Shown piece after piece: positions 1 through 13,129 of a stretch of 64,000 nt of DNA. Position numbers and translations under genes: made by a program. The stretch's first letter is position 1, and the number at the start of each line of letters is the position of its first letter. The DNA is from the human T2T-CHM13v2.0 reference genome, Homo sapiens: the NCBI RefSeq assembly GCF_009914755.1, contig NC_060930.1; one strand, given 5' to 3'. Under the pieces are notes generated by a model. The model was not told where the DNA came from. It saw nothing but the letters and a program-made list of their open reading frames with translations, and searched no databases.

Positions 1-998
1 ACCATAAAATCCGGGAAGCCAGATGAATTGGTCAACTTCTTCAACAAGAAGTCAGTCTGATAAGACTGGGAGAGGTATTTGTCTCATATGATGCATGGAA
101 ACCAATACAAAGAGTCAAGAAAAATGAAGAAACGGGGATATATTCCACACACAAAACAAAAAAAAAAGAAACAAGATACATCTCCAGAAATCAACCTGGG
201 TGAAGTGAAGGTATATGATTTACCTGATAGGAAATTTCAAATAGTCATAAAGATGCTTACAAGGTCAGAAGAGCAATGCAAAAACAAACTGAAAATGTTA
301 CCAAAGAGATAGAAAGTACAGAAACATACCAGAAAGATGTTATAGAGCTGTAGAATACTCTCAACTGAACTAAACAATACAAGACAAGCGTTTGACCACA
401 GACCACATTGAGCAGAAGTGAACTTGAAGACAGGTTAGTGGAAATTACACAAGGTGAAGAGCAAAGAAAAAAAGAATGATAAAAAGTGAGGATGGTTTCA
501 GAGACTTATGGAAATGATCAGGCATAACAGGATATGTACTACTGTTGTACCCAGAAAAAGAAGAGAGAGACTTTTTCAAAAAAAATTATGATGGAAAAAT
601 TCCCAAGCCTGGGAAAGGAACAAAAATCTAAATAGTGTAAGCATAAAGGACACCAAATATGATTCCACAGATATACACACTGATACACATCATAAATTGC
701 CAAAAGCTATTAAAGATGAGTTTTGAAAACAATAAGGAAAATTGTTACCTATATGCTACATATGTGTATTGCTACATATAAGGGAACCTCTGTAAGATTA
801 TCAACAGACTTTTCAGCAGAAATCTTGCATAGCCCAAATGAGTGGGATGATACAATCAAATCCTGAAAGAAAAAAAAATTGCCAAACAAGAATACTATAT
901 TCAGCAACATTTGAAAATAAACAGGTAATACAGACTTTCTCAGACAAACAAAAGCTGAGAGAGTGTATCACCTACAGAACTTCCTTACAAGAAATGCT
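1..998 (+). mobile_element. Ancient LINE-1 (L1M) ORF1-region fragment
   Basis: A-rich decayed ORF1-like sequence, e.g. 'agattatcaacagacttttcagcagaaatcttgc' and 'gactttctcagacaaacaaaagctgagagag'; many stops. Confidence 0.7.
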
Positions 999-1865
999 GG
1001 TATTTGATAGTACAACAAGGGTACTATGGTCAATAATAATTTAATTGTCCATTTTAAAATAGCTAAACAATGATAACTGGATTGTTTGTAACACAAAGGA
1101 TAAATGCTTGAGGGGATGGTTACCCAAATTTCCAAAAAATAGAACTACTATTTGTGCCAGCAATCTCATTACTGGTTATATTTCCAAAGGAATTTAATTT
1201 AGCATGTCGCAGAGATGTCTGCACTTTTATGCTCGTTGCAATATTATTCACAATAGCCAAAATATGGAATCAACCTAAGTGCCTATCAACCGATGAATGT
1301 GTTTTTATTTTTAAATAGCGTTCCTAGACACAATGAAATACTATTCAGCGTTAAGAAAACCAGGAAATTCTGTCATTTACAACATGGATGGACCTAGAGA
1401 AGAATATGTTAAGTGAAATAAGCCAAGTGCAAAGAGATAAATAATACATGATCTCACTTCTAAAAAGAATTTAAAAGTCAAACTTATAGAAGTAAAGAGC
1501 ATAATGGATGTTACCAGAGGCTAGGGAAAGGGGGATGTGTGGGGGACCAGGCAAGGGGACACATTGGTGAACAAGTACAAAGTTTCAATTAGATGGGAGG
1601 AATAACTTCTAGTGTTCTATTGCATAATGTAGTGACTATGGTTAATAATAATGTATTGCTAAAATACCCTATTTTAGCTATCAATATAGCCAAAAGAGAG
1701 GATTTTAAATGTTATCATCAGAAAGAAGTGATAAATATTTGAGATAATCGATATGCTGATTAGCCTGATTTGATCATTCCACAAGGTATACATGTATAGA
1801 CACACCAAATTGTGACTCACAAATATATATGTAACTATTATTTGTCAATTAAAAATAAGTTTTAA
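999..1865 (+). mobile_element. L1MA-type 3' end fragments (two juxtaposed pieces, junction ~1135)
   Basis: L1MA 3'UTR motifs 'ggattgtttgtaacacaaaggataaatgcttgagggg', 'tggaatcaacctaagtgcctatcaac', 'gtacaaagtttcaattagatgggaggaataac'; A-rich tail. Confidence 0.75.
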
Positions 1866-2595
1866 AAAAGTAAAACAGAAAAACTTTAGAAAAAAGCAGT
1901 AACTATAACAAAAACATAACCAATATAAAAAACAAATTTCAGTAGAAGACATTAAACAAATGCAAAAAAAGAAATTTAAGGCAACAAAAAATATTTAACA
2001 TCATTGATAATATATCTCTGGTAGCCATGTAAACTTATATAACTCCCACAGTAAAATTATGACGATGTATACAAAAAGCTTTAAAAAACACTCTCTCCTG
2101 TTAGTGAGTAATTCATTTCTAAGGATGTATTTTATAGAAATAGAGATATGGGTAGAAACATATATATAATGAGATCTTGTCTTTTATTTAAAATTGATGA
2201 TGAAACCTAGGCACATTTTTTGCAAGTTTCACATCCCTAAAATAGCAGAATGTTTAAAAACTCTATAAAATTATATACAATTGTTAAAATATTTTTTCAG
2301 AGAATTGTAATATCAAAAATATTCATTAAAAATGATAAGAAATGCAGAACATAAAATGACTTACATAATACAGTTTTCAATATTAAAAAACTATACATGC
2401 AGTGTATATTGCTCTCTCTCTAAAGGTATACATATATATTTAGATAGTATGTATCCATGTATGTATCATGCTATATATTATACAATATAATAATATATAT
2501 TTGTATATTATTTATACATAAATAATATGTAAATGTTTAGATATGTTTGTGTATCAACCTTATAAATTATAAAAATACACACTTGCATAGGTATC

Positions 2596-2986
2596 TGTTA
2601 TTATAGAATGAATGTGCATTTTCAAAATTCTTACATGGAAGCCTTAACTTTCAGTATAACTGTATTTCAAGATAGGACTTTTAAGAAGGTAATTAAAGTT
2701 AAATAAGGTCATAAGGATAGGGTCTCAATCCACTAAGACTGGTGTCCTTGTAAAAAAGGGTAGAGACACCAGAGAGCTGTTTCTTTGCAAGTACACGTGG
2801 CCACATGAGGACACAGAGAGAAGGTGGCCATTTGCAAGGGAGAAAGAGGGTCTTACCAGAAACCAGTCTTGCTAGCATCTTGATCTTGGACTAAGAGCCT
2901 GTAGAACTGTGAAAAAAATAATTTTCTGTTGTTTTAGCCACCCAGTCTGTGGTGTTCTTTCAAGGCAGCCCGAGAAGACTAACACA
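2596..2986 (+). mobile_element. MaLR solo LTR (MLT1A/MLT1B-like)
   Basis: TG...CA ends; 'gtaattaaagttaaataaggtcataagg', 'gactggtgtccttgtaa', 'ttgatcttggac', 'gactaacaca'. Confidence 0.75.
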
Positions 2987-3504
2987 TCTGTGTATAAGGA
3001 TTTTTCTGAATTGCTTTTAATAGCGAAGAACAGGAAAGAAATTAAATGTTCATCAGTATAAAAATCTTATACATTCTTACATATTCATTCATAGAGTGGA
3101 ATATACACAGATGTTCAATATAACGAGGTATTGTTTTATGTACCATTATGACAATGTCCAAAAGATGAGAAATCAACTCAGAACAAGTTATCTTATTTCT
3201 GTTTTCTAAATGAAATGCTCTATTTTTAAATATATAGTATTCTTTCTTATGAAATAAGAACTAAATGTGTAAAAATATACCCACTCCTTATTAGCACTGA
3301 TTAAATCTGGGGATGTGAGATGGAGTAAGGGATTTATTCATTGTGATGAGATGCTAAGCGGTGAATGAAGGATATCACATTTTATTAAATATATTTATTT
3401 ATTTGAATTTTTTAAAACACCCACATAATATTTTGTAACTTTAAAATAATCTAACTCAGGACCCTCAGATTATGAGACTGACGCATGCTTAACTGTGCTT
3501 AGGA

Positions 3505-5055
3505 GTACTGGAAGTCTTGTCTGAAGAATTAGGCAAGAGAAAGAAATAAAAGGCATCCAAATAGGAAAACAAGAAGTCAAACTATCTCTATTCACTGATG
3601 ATATGATTCTATACTTACAGAACCCTTAAGACTTTACCAAAAAGCTACAAGAACTGATAAATGATTTTAGCAAGACTTCAAAACACAAAATCAATATACG
3701 AAAATCAGTAGCAGTTCTACACATCAATAATATCCAGCCTGAGTCAAATTGAGAACACAGTCCTGTTTACAATAACTACAAAGAAAATAAAATACCTAGG
3801 AACACACTCAACCAAGAAGGTGAAAGAGCTCTACAAATAGAACTATAAAACACTGCTGAAAGAAATCAGATAAAACACAAATAAATAGAAAAACATTCCA
3901 TGCTCATAGATTAGAAGAATGAATATTGTTAAAATGGCCATACTATAGAAAGCAATTTATATATTCTGTGCTATTCCTATCAAACCACCAACCTCATTCT
4001 TGGCTGAATTAGAAAAAAAACTATTCTAAAATACATATGCAACCAAAAAAGAGCCTGAATAGCCAAAGAACAAAGCAAAAGAACAAAGCTGGAGGCATCA
4101 CACTACCCAACTTCAAACTATAGAATAGGGCTACAGTAACCAAAGCAGCATAACACTGGTACAAAAACAGACATGTAGATCAATAGAACAGAATAGAAAA
4201 CTCAGAAATAAAGCCACACATCTACAACCAACTGATCTTCAACAAGGCAAACTAAAACAAGTAATTAGGAAAATGGTGTTGGGATAACTGGCTAGCCACA
4301 TGCAAAAGAAATAAACTGGACCCTTATTTTTCATTATATATAAAAATTAAATCAAGATGAATTAACTTAAATGTAAGATGAATTAACTTAAAAATAGATA
4401 AATGAAATAAAATAATTGTAAAATGTAATTTCACAATTTGAATTTAAAAATCCTAGAAGACAATCTACAAAATACCATTCCCAACATTGGTGGCCTTGGC
4501 AAAGAATTGTTGGCTAAGTACCCAAAAGTAATTGCAACAAAAACAAAAATTGACAAGTGGGACATCATTAACATAAAGAGCTTCTGCACAGCAAAAGAAA
4601 CTATGAACAGAGTAAAGGGATATCATTAACATAAAGAGCTTCTGCACAGCAAAAGAAACTATGAACAGAGTAAACAGACAACCTACTGTTTAGGAGAAAT
4701 TATTCACAAGCTATGAATCTGGCAAAGGTCTAATATCCAGAATCAATAAAGAACTTAAATCAACAAACAGAAAATAACCCCATTAAAAATTGTCAAAGGA
4801 CATAACAAACACTTCTCAAAAGAAGATATACAAGTGGCTAATAAACATATGAAAAAATACACATCATCACTAATCATCAGATAAATGCAAATTACAATCA
4901 CAATGAGACGTCACAATGGTTATTACTGAAAAGACCAAAGGAAAAAAAAAAAAAAGATGCTGGCAAGGCTGAAAGGGAACACTTACACATTGCTGGTGGG
5001 AACGTAAGTTAATTCATTAATTCAGCCACTGTGGAAAGAAGTCTGGAGATATCTG

Positions 5056-5086
<31 letters not shown>

Positions 5087-5580
5087 TAATAAAGCTATCC
5101 ACGTAAGGAAAAATAGAACATTTTACCAAAAAGACATATGCACTCATATATACATTGTAGCACTATTCACAATAGCAAAGACATGGAATAAACCTAGATG
5201 CCAATTAATGGTAGAATGGATAAAGAAAATGTGGTACATATACATCATGGAATACTATGCAGTCTTATAAAAGAATGAAAACATGTCCTTTGCAGCAACA
5301 TGGAGGCAGGTGGAGGCCATAGCCCTAAGTGAATTAATGCAGGAAGAGAAAACCAAATACCATATGTTCTCATTTATAAGCAGGAGCCAAACATTGAGCA
5401 CATGGGCATAAACATGGGAAGAGCAGTCACTGTGGACTACTAGAGGGGAAGGGAGGGTGGTATGCTTTGTGACACTACCTATTGGGTACTGTGCTCACTA
5501 CATGGGTGCAACATACCCAGGTAACAAACCTGCTCGTGTATTCCCGCCGTATCTAAAATAAAAGTTGAAAATTAAAAATA
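3505..5580 (+). mobile_element. 5'-truncated old primate LINE-1 (L1PA15/16-L1PB-like), ORF2 3' half plus 3'UTR
   Basis: ORF2 remnants (KTKIDKWD..., WIKKMWYIYIMEYYA); 3'UTR ending 'tatctaaaataaaagttgaaa'. Confidence 0.9.
4559..4674 (+). repeat. 58-bp tandem duplication inside the L1
   Basis: 4559-4616 and 4617-4674 identical except one C/T. Confidence 0.95.
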
Positions 5581-5759
5581 TATAAACAATAAAAATAGAT
5601 AAATGAAATAAAATAATTGTAAAATGTGAAATTTAAAAAAAACCCACAAGCAGAGAGTAATATTTCCAGGTCATGAAATTAAATGTACTGCTTAAATTTC
5701 TTCATTATGTTTTGCATATATATATGAAAATACTTCTCATTTTAATATTTTAAGATATG

Positions 5760-6065
5760 GCATACTTTAATATAAGGGCACATAAGTCAACACCTTGATA
5801 AATGTTTTACAAATTAAACACAGCTGTGCAATAAACACCAAAATCAATAAAGACATTATTAGCAGTCCCCCACCCCAATTTCTTTTGCTTTCTCTTTCAG
5901 TGTATTTTTGTTTCCTCAAAGATAACCACTATTCTGACTGCTGAGAGCATAGATTAATTTTGCTTTCTTTGTATTTTCTTAGAGGTAGAATCTTAAAATA
6001 TCGACTTTTTTTGTTTGACTTCTTTTAGTCAACATTATGATTGTGAGATTCATCTGTATTATTGC
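5760..6065 (-). mobile_element. Old L1ME-type 3' end fragment
   Basis: 'gataaccactattctgact', 'cttttagtcaacattatgattgtgagattcatc' match antisense L1ME 3'UTR. Confidence 0.6.
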
Positions 6066-6245
6066 ATAAAAACCATATTTTATAATAGAATATTTACCTG
6101 TATTTAACTAGAGCATTAGATTGATTAAATTCTGAAATAAAAGTTTAATAACAAAATTAATTGTTTTGCTGCAGATATGGAGAGCAAAGGAATTGGCCTT
6201 TGGTTTACCAAAAAATAAAACAACAAAATTTTATTTTTGCCAATT

Positions 6246-6605
6246 GCCATGATCTGAATGTGTCTCCCAAAATTTGTATGTTGAAAGTTAATCATCAAAG
6301 TGATAACATTAAGAGTTGGGGCCTTTAGGAGGTGATGAGGCTTTGTCCTCTTATATAGGATTAAAGCCCTATAGTAAAGCTTCAAATAGCATTTGCCCCT
6401 TTTTCCCTTCTACTTTCTTCCAGTGAGGATACAGAATTCAAGGCACCATCTTGGAAGCAGAGACTGGGCCCTCATCAAACACTCAACTACTGGCTGCTTG
6501 ATCTTGGACTTCCCAGCCTCCATGACCGTGAGCAATAAATTTATATTCTTTATAAACTACTCAGTCTCAGATATTTTGTTAGAGCAATAGGAATGAACTA
6601 AAAGA
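6246..6605 (+). mobile_element. MaLR solo LTR (MST-like)
   Basis: 'tgccatgatctgaatgtgtctcccaaaatttgtatgttgaaa', 'ggcaccatcttggaagcagagactgggccctca', 'ttgatcttggacttcccagcctcca', AATAAA. Confidence 0.75.
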
Positions 6606-7324
6606 CCATCTCGGTTAATAATTCACATTTTTCTTTTGCTTTTCAACTGTCAAATGCCTTGATGCTACAAAGAATGGTGCTGACACTTTATTCTCACACA
6701 AATATAACTTTTAAAAGCATCTTGGATAGATCAACCTTTTATTGACATTGCATCTGTGAGCTACAAGATGCCAGTTTTTCTTGATCTAGAATGGTATACA
6801 GCAAAAAGTGATTGGTGTCTGCAAGCCAAAGATGAACTTGATTGGTATAAACATTTCCAAGTTAATTATATTGTAAGTCAGACATTGTTTCAAATCCAGG
6901 ATGGAGAAAAAATAGTCTGAGAAATTGGTTTAAAATAACTTTATATTTGTCCAAGACATTATCAAGAACTAGCTGTAAAGGTTCATATCCTGCCCAAGAA
7001 ATAGACATAAACAAACCAAGTCTGTCCAGCCTAGGAAATTCATGGAGACGGCTGATTCTGCACCTGGCCAATGATGAATGAAGTTCTGAAGTTTCAGAGG
7101 TACACAAATTTACCCTAAACCTGCATTGCAGAATAACTTATTGAAATGTATGTCTGCCGTTTATTTGTTATTGTGAAAGACACCAAAGAGTAAGTGCAAT
7201 TATCATCATCCTACATCTCCCTGGAAAAACCAACTTTAATGTTCTGGAAATCAGGCTTTCTTTTTTGTCTAAAGCCTATGGTCTGAATGATGAGATGAGA
7301 GAGATGGGCTTGGCAAAAGAAGAG

Positions 7325-7550
7325 GACAGGTGGATCTCTGGAGCCCGGGAGTTCGAGACCAGCCTGGGCAACATGGTGAGACCCTGTCTTTAAAAAAAAA
7401 AAAAAAATACAAAAATTAGCTGTATGGGATGATTGGTTCCTGTAGTTCCAGCTACTCAGTGGGCTGAGATGGGAAGACTGCTGAGCCTGGAAGGTCAAGG
7501 CTGCAGTGAGCCATCACACCACTGCACTCCAGCCTGGGTGACAAAGTGAA
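7325..7550 (+). mobile_element. AluJ, 5'-truncated, no tail
   Basis: 'gagttcgagaccagcctgggcaacatgg', A-rich linker, J-type 'aggtcaaggctgcagtgagcc'. Confidence 0.9.
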
Positions 7551-7756
7551 ATATTTGAGGAGACAGTCTATGTGTTTTCATCACTTTAACCTGAGACCAT
7601 GTACAGTGAGTGGCACATAGTAGAGATCGAAGGTCACTTATTTGGTGAAATGATCTCTTGTATTGCCTCAGTTGAATTTACACACTCTTATAGTAGGTCT
7701 TATAATCCCAACCTGACTATAAGCTCCTTGATGACTGATCAAAAAACAATTTATAT

Positions 7757-8250
7757 ATTTTTTAACTTTTTAATTGTGAAATAATTAAAACTTACAGTAA
7801 AGTTGCAAGAATAGTACAGGGAACTCCAGAGCACACCTCACCCGGACTCATGGATTGTTTATTTACATTTCGTCACATTTTCTACATGATTCATTTTCTG
7901 TTTCTCTCTGTGTCCATATATACAAATATAGAGACAGAGATAATTATGATGTTATATAGAGACAGATATAATTAAATATATATAGAATAATAATAATGTT
8001 TGTTGAGTTCTTAAGAAAGTTGGAGATTTCCTGTCCTTTTATGCCTAACTGCTGTAATGTGTATTTTCTAAGAAAAAATACATTCACTTTTATAACTACA
8101 GTAGAATTTCCAAAATCTAAGAATTAACATGAGTATAATAATAATGTATATATTTTATTTAATTTCACCAATTGTCTCAATAATCTTTCTGGTAGTAACT
8201 GTTTTTCTGATCCTGGATCCAGTCCAGGATCACATATTATATTTAGTTTA
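7757..8250 (-). mobile_element. Old L1MC-type 3' end
   Basis: 'aattgtgaaataattaaaacttacagtaaagttgcaagaatagtaca', 'ccagtccaggatcacat'. Confidence 0.65.
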
Positions 8251-8924
8251 TATTTTATTTGATCCCCCTATTCTTTATAAAAAAAGAGTATTATAATTCC
8301 TTATGTTTCATTCCACTGTATGCAATGTTACAGCAAGTGCACAATAAACATTACATATGTGTGTTCATGTATTCAGCTATGAATCACAGAGAAATGCAGA
8401 ACTAAATTATTTTTCCTCTTTTTTCATATTAAAATAAAGAGCTCAATGGTGTCCATCTGTTTTATAACCAACAATTCTATGTTACCTTTTAAAATTCATT
8501 GCATTCTCATTCTGCAGGGAAGATCTCTAAGAGAAACTCAGATGGCTTTAAAAAGGATGCTATTAGCCAGTTCTAACTTCTTTCTTCCATTGGCTAAAAA
8601 TCAGTATTTATGTAAATGGAGATTTTTACAAGTTATGTTCAATTAAAAAATACACAAACGGCACAATTTAAGAATGTTTAAGGAGCATTCATTCAGGATT
8701 GAAATACTGATGACTGACCTCTACATATTGCATAGTTTTTATTTAATAAGTTGTGTTTTCTAATACCCATGTAAATTAGTAATGTAATGTAAATTATCCC
8801 AAGGTATAAATTAATTAATCAGTTAAACAAGATGCATAGGAAATTAGACACCACAGAGTGGGTTTCTGGTGATGAACGGACTTGGGCAAGAAGTTAGAAT
8901 TTTGTACCTGCTCTAGCTAGGTCA

Positions 8925-9700
8925 ATTAGTAAAGAAAAATAAATAAAAGGCTACCAGATTGGAAAGGGAGATGTAAACTACCTCTATTTGCAGATGATAT
9001 GATCCTATATACAGGAAACATGGATAAGAGTCTCGTATCCAGAATATATAAAGAACTCTGTCTTTTTGTTTGTTTGTTTGTTTTTGTTTTGTTTTGTTTT
9101 TTGAGACAGAGTCTTGCTCTGTCACCCAGAGCTGGAGTGCAATGGCACTATCTCAGCTCACTGCAACCTCCGTCTCCTGGGTTCAAGCAATTCTGCCTCA
9201 GCCTCCCAAGTAGCTGGGATACAGGTGCCCACCACCATGCCTGGGTAATTTTTGTATTTTTAGTAGAGTCAGGGTTTCACCATGTTGACCAGGGTGGTCT
9301 CGAACTCCTGAACCTGTGATTCGCTCTCCTTGGCCTCCCAAAGTGCTGGGATTACAGGTATGAACCACTATGCCCAGCCAAGACCTCTAAAAAAAAAATT
9401 AAAAAAAAAGACAACCCAATTGAAAAATGAGCAAAGGATCTGAAAAGACATCTCTCCAAGAAGGACATACAAATGGTCAATAAGCACTAATCATTAGAGA
9501 AATACAAATCAAAACCATAAAGAAATGCCACTCCACATGCACTAAGAGGACAGTAATTACAAAACAGATAAGGAGAACATGTGTAGAAATTGAAATTCTT
9601 AATTTCAGTGCTGGTAGAAATGCAAGATAATGCAGCCCTTTTGCAAAGTAATATGGTATTTCCACAAATTATCAAACATAAAGTTATATATAACTAACAT
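8925..9700 (+). mobile_element. Old L1M ORF2 fragments interrupted by an Alu
   Basis: 'ctatttgcagatgatatgatcctatata' (FADD region), 'gtatccagaatatataaagaactct', 'cactaatcattagagaaatacaaatcaaaacc'. Confidence 0.7.
9062..9379 (-). mobile_element. AluS with (TTTG)n/(GTTTT)n tail
   Basis: Full antisense Alu dimer; degenerate TSD aaga(a/c)ctct on both sides. Confidence 0.95.
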
Positions 9701-9741
9701 AAAGTTATATATATATATATAAAACTTTGTATATATATAAA

Positions 9742-9773
<32 letters not shown>
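9676..9773. repeat. (TA)n-rich low-complexity tract
   Basis: TA runs separated by repeated 'aacataaagtt' and 'aaaacttt' blocks. Confidence 0.9.
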
Positions 9774-9778
<5 letters not shown>

Positions 9779-9898
9779 CATCAGGTTCAAGCAGCTGTGC
9801 GGGAATACAAGATAAGAGAAACACAGGAGTGAGAATATAAAGAAAAAAATACAAAACAAACAATAGAAGACTTAAGTCCTGTCATAAAAATTAAATGA

Positions 9899-10187
9899 GG
9901 CCGGGTGCAGTGGCTCACGCCTGTAATCCTAGCACTTTGGGAGGCCAAGGCGGGAGGATCACAAGTTCAGTAGATCGAGACCATCCTGGCCAACATGGTG
10001 AAACCCTGTCTCTACTAAAAATGCAAAAATTAGTAAGGCATAGTGGTGAGCACCTGTAATCCAGCTACTCAGGAGGCTGAGGCAGGAGAATCGCTTAAAC
10101 CAGGGAGTCAGAGGTTGCAGTGAACCGAGATTGCACCACTGCTCTCTACCCTGGTGACAGAGTGAGACTTTGTCTCAAAAACAAAAA
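9899..10187 (+). mobile_element. AluSc-like full-length element
   Basis: GGCCGGGTGCAGTGGCTCACGCC start; 'gatcgagaccatcctggccaacatgg' diagnostic. Confidence 0.95.
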
Positions 10188-10189
10188 TT

Positions 10190-10875
10190 AATTTAATGTA
10201 ATTTAAATAGTTTATATCTGCCAATTGAAAGACTGAAATCAGCAAAATGGATAAATAATGTAGTCCAACTATTTGCTATTCAAATTCATAGATATGCCAA
10301 AATTAAAAGGACTAAAAAAAGATATGCTGTGCAAATATTAATTTAAAAAAAAGCATGAGTGGCTACATCAACATCTGATGAAGTAGACTTCAGAGCAAAG
10401 AAAATTACAAGACAATGAGGAATATTACATGATGATATAGGAATCAATTCATGGGAAAGATATGATGATGCTAAATGTGTATACACAAATCAACAGACCA
10501 TCAAAATACATGAAGGAAACTGATAGCACTGAAAGAAGAAATAGACAAATTTACAACTATAGTTAGGGACTTCAACATCCCCTTTCAGCAACTGGTAGAA
10601 TTAATATACAGGAAAACAAGGACATAAGAGATCTGAACAAAGTAGAATATCCAATAGAATATAATTAATGTATATAGAATACCCTGTCTGACAACAGCAG
10701 AATACTTGGTAGGTTGTAGATCTTCTTAATCACATTGATATAATTTCAGCTATTAATTCTTCTTTAAAGGTTGGTGAAATTCTCCAGTGAAACCATCTGA
10801 GCCTCGAGAACTCTGTATTAGTTCTTAAAACTGCATGTGAATGTACAATTATCTTAGCAAAAATTTCAATTGAAA
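10190..10875 (+). mobile_element. Old L1M mosaic: ORF2 endonuclease region (+), short inverted piece ~10710-10805, L1MD-like 3' end
   Basis: 'aagtagacttcagagcaaagaaaattac', 'gttagggacttcaacatcccctttcag' (GDFN motif); antisense 'aattctccagtgaaaccatctgagcct'; 'aactgcatgtgaatgtacaattatct'. Confidence 0.65.
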
Positions 10876-11277
10876 CAATAAAACTTGGATGTTGAAATTT
10901 AAAGTTGCACTTAAAGCATTTTTCTTTTTTTTTTTAAGGAGTGATTTTAAGATAAGTGAAGATAAACAAAGACAAGGAGCAGCAAGCCTAACATTAAAGC
11001 AGTGGGTTATAAAACAAAGTAGAAATTAAAAACAAAAAAAACAAAAAAAAAAACAACAAAAAAACAGCAAACAGCAAATAAGGGCAAAGAGAATTCCAAA
11101 ACAATGCCAAGATAGTTATTGACAACAGAAGCTGCCTCTGTAATAAAACAAACAAGAAGACAGAGAAAAAGATAAGGTAAGGTGGATGCCCAGTGATATT
11201 ATATTTGGAAATAATGACCAGCTGTGGACAATGTCAACACAGGAGGGAGTTTAGAACAGGTCTTAAGACAACTTTTC

Positions 11278-11567
11278 CTTTTTTTTTGAGATGGAGTCTC
11301 GCTCTGTCACCCAGGCTGGAATGCATGGTACAATGTCGGCTCACTGCAACCTCCACAGTTCTCTTAGCAATTCTCCTGCATCAGCCTCCCGAGTAGCTGA
11401 GATTACAGGCATCCACCACCATGTTGCCCAGCTAACTTTTTTTTTTTTTTTCTATGTTTCGTAGAGACGGGGTTTTACCATGTTGGCCAGGCTGGTCTCA
11501 AACTCCTGACTTCAGGTGACCCGCCCCCCTCAGCTGGGATTACAGGCATGAGCCACCGCACCCAGCC
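11278..11567 (-). mobile_element. AluS with two small internal deletions
   Basis: Antisense Alu dimer; lacks 'cctcccaaagtg' near 11533. Confidence 0.93.
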
Positions 11568-11699
11568 GACCCTTCTCCTTTTTATTCACCCCATGTACCT
11601 GGTTTGAGGGGTACTTTCCTGTTATAAACAGGTTCCTATTAGACAAGCGCAGGGACCCATAACCACGAATAAACCAAGGAAAGAATATACAGGCCTCAT

Positions 11700-12165
11700 G
11701 TGTTTCCCAAATTCATATCTCTGGTTTTGACCTCTTTTCTGAACTCCAGGTCAGTATGCTCATTTGTCCAATCAGTACCTGTAACTTCATCCTGCATCTT
11801 TTTTAAATTCAACATCTCCACAAACATTCCCTCTTGCTTTTCCTTCATACCTTGATTAAGGTAGCATCATCTTCTATCAATCTTCCAAACCAGAAACCTG
11901 GATTTCATCCTTGAACCTTCCCTATCCATTACTTCTTACATCCAAACATTTACTAAATCTAGTACATTCTATTTCTTTCTTTCTCCCAGCCCTTGCTTTG
12001 CATAAGGTGACTGTCATTTGTGGATTACAAAGGCCTCCTAATTGCTCTTATGAGGAGTTTCTCACATACTTAAATCTGCTCTTTACATGGAAATCTATAA
12101 AGTATCCTTGCAAAACATACATACTCAGAACACACCATTGTATAAAATATCCACTGCTTCCTTGA
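11700..12165 (+). mobile_element. L2 fragment
   Basis: 'cccaaattcatatctct...gacctcttttctgaactccag', 'ccaaaccagaaacctggatttcatccttga' resemble the L2 3' region. Confidence 0.6.
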
Positions 12166-12173
12166 TGCAACAT

Positions 12174-12298
12174 AGGGTAGTCATACAATTTATGTTCACA
12201 TCAGGATGCTATAGAGTGACAGGAGACTACAGTGAAAATTAGGATGAGACAAGGGTGTAAATCAGACCTGTCCTGCAGAACCTGGAACATGTTATTAC
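12174..12298. mobile_element. MER81-like hAT MITE
   Basis: Starts 'tagggtagtcatacaatttatg', ends '...gtcctgcagaacctggaacatgttatt'. Confidence 0.55.
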
Positions 12299-12375
12299 TT
12301 CATTTTGACTAATGATGTATTCAAAGCCCTTCACAATCTGGCCTACACATCTCCCCCTGAGAGTTTCCCCTACTC

Positions 12376-12545
12376 AGGACTTGCTATATAATTTGCATGT
12401 CCAAATGCACAATAATGTGAGGACCCTTGTTCAATGGCTAACAATTTCAACTTAGCCACAGCAAATAATTAAATCAAGCACAGGGTCCTTCTGAGCACAG
12501 GACTTTGTGTAACTGTACAGCTCACAAACCCATCAAGCTGCCCTG
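12376..12545 (-). mobile_element. MER45A-like hAT MITE
   Basis: CAGG...CCTG termini; 'attaaatcaagcacagggtccttctgagcacagg'. Confidence 0.6.
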
Positions 12546-12914
12546 CCTCTACCCCTAAAAGTATATATTCCTACCAATAGAAAATTCTCACAGCTTTGCA
12601 GGTACACAAAACCATTTCATAACTACTTATCTCTGTACACTCTTTGAATTATCTATTCCATCGTCTAAGAATGACTTTTTCTGTTTCTTTCACGCAAGGC
12701 ACAGGTGAAATGACACCTCTTGAATCAGACCTTCCCCTTATCTCACTACCAATTCATTTATTCTGTTCCATGTGTTGTTGTTTTATGTCTATTATAATAT
12801 TTACCAACTTTCAGTATAATAGATTGCCTTTCATGATATCTTTATCAACATACCTTTTAGCAGTTTTGTGCTAGTTTATTTTTTTCTTTTTTAAATTTTT
12901 CTTTATTTTAATTT

Positions 12915-13128
12915 TTATTATTATTATTTTTTTGGGACAGGGTTTCACTCTGTCACCTAGGCTGGAGTGCAATGACATGACCTTAGCTCATTGCAACCTC
13001 TGCATCCTGAGCTCAAGAGACCCTCCCACCTCAGCCTCCTTAGTAGCTGGGATTACAGGCCCATGCCACAACACACGACTAATTTTTGTATTTTTTGTAG
13101 AGATAGGATTTCACCATGTTGCCAAGTT
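12915..13128 (-). mobile_element. AluJ, truncated
   Basis: 'cagggtttcactctgtcacctaggctggagtgca', 'tcctgagctcaagagaccctcccacctcagcc'. Confidence 0.88.
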
Positions 13129-13129
13129 G

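Noticed and set aside
8209-8233. 10-bp inverted repeat tgatcctgga...tccaggatca
   Set aside because: Lies within old L1MC 3' sequence that is already quasi-palindromic here.
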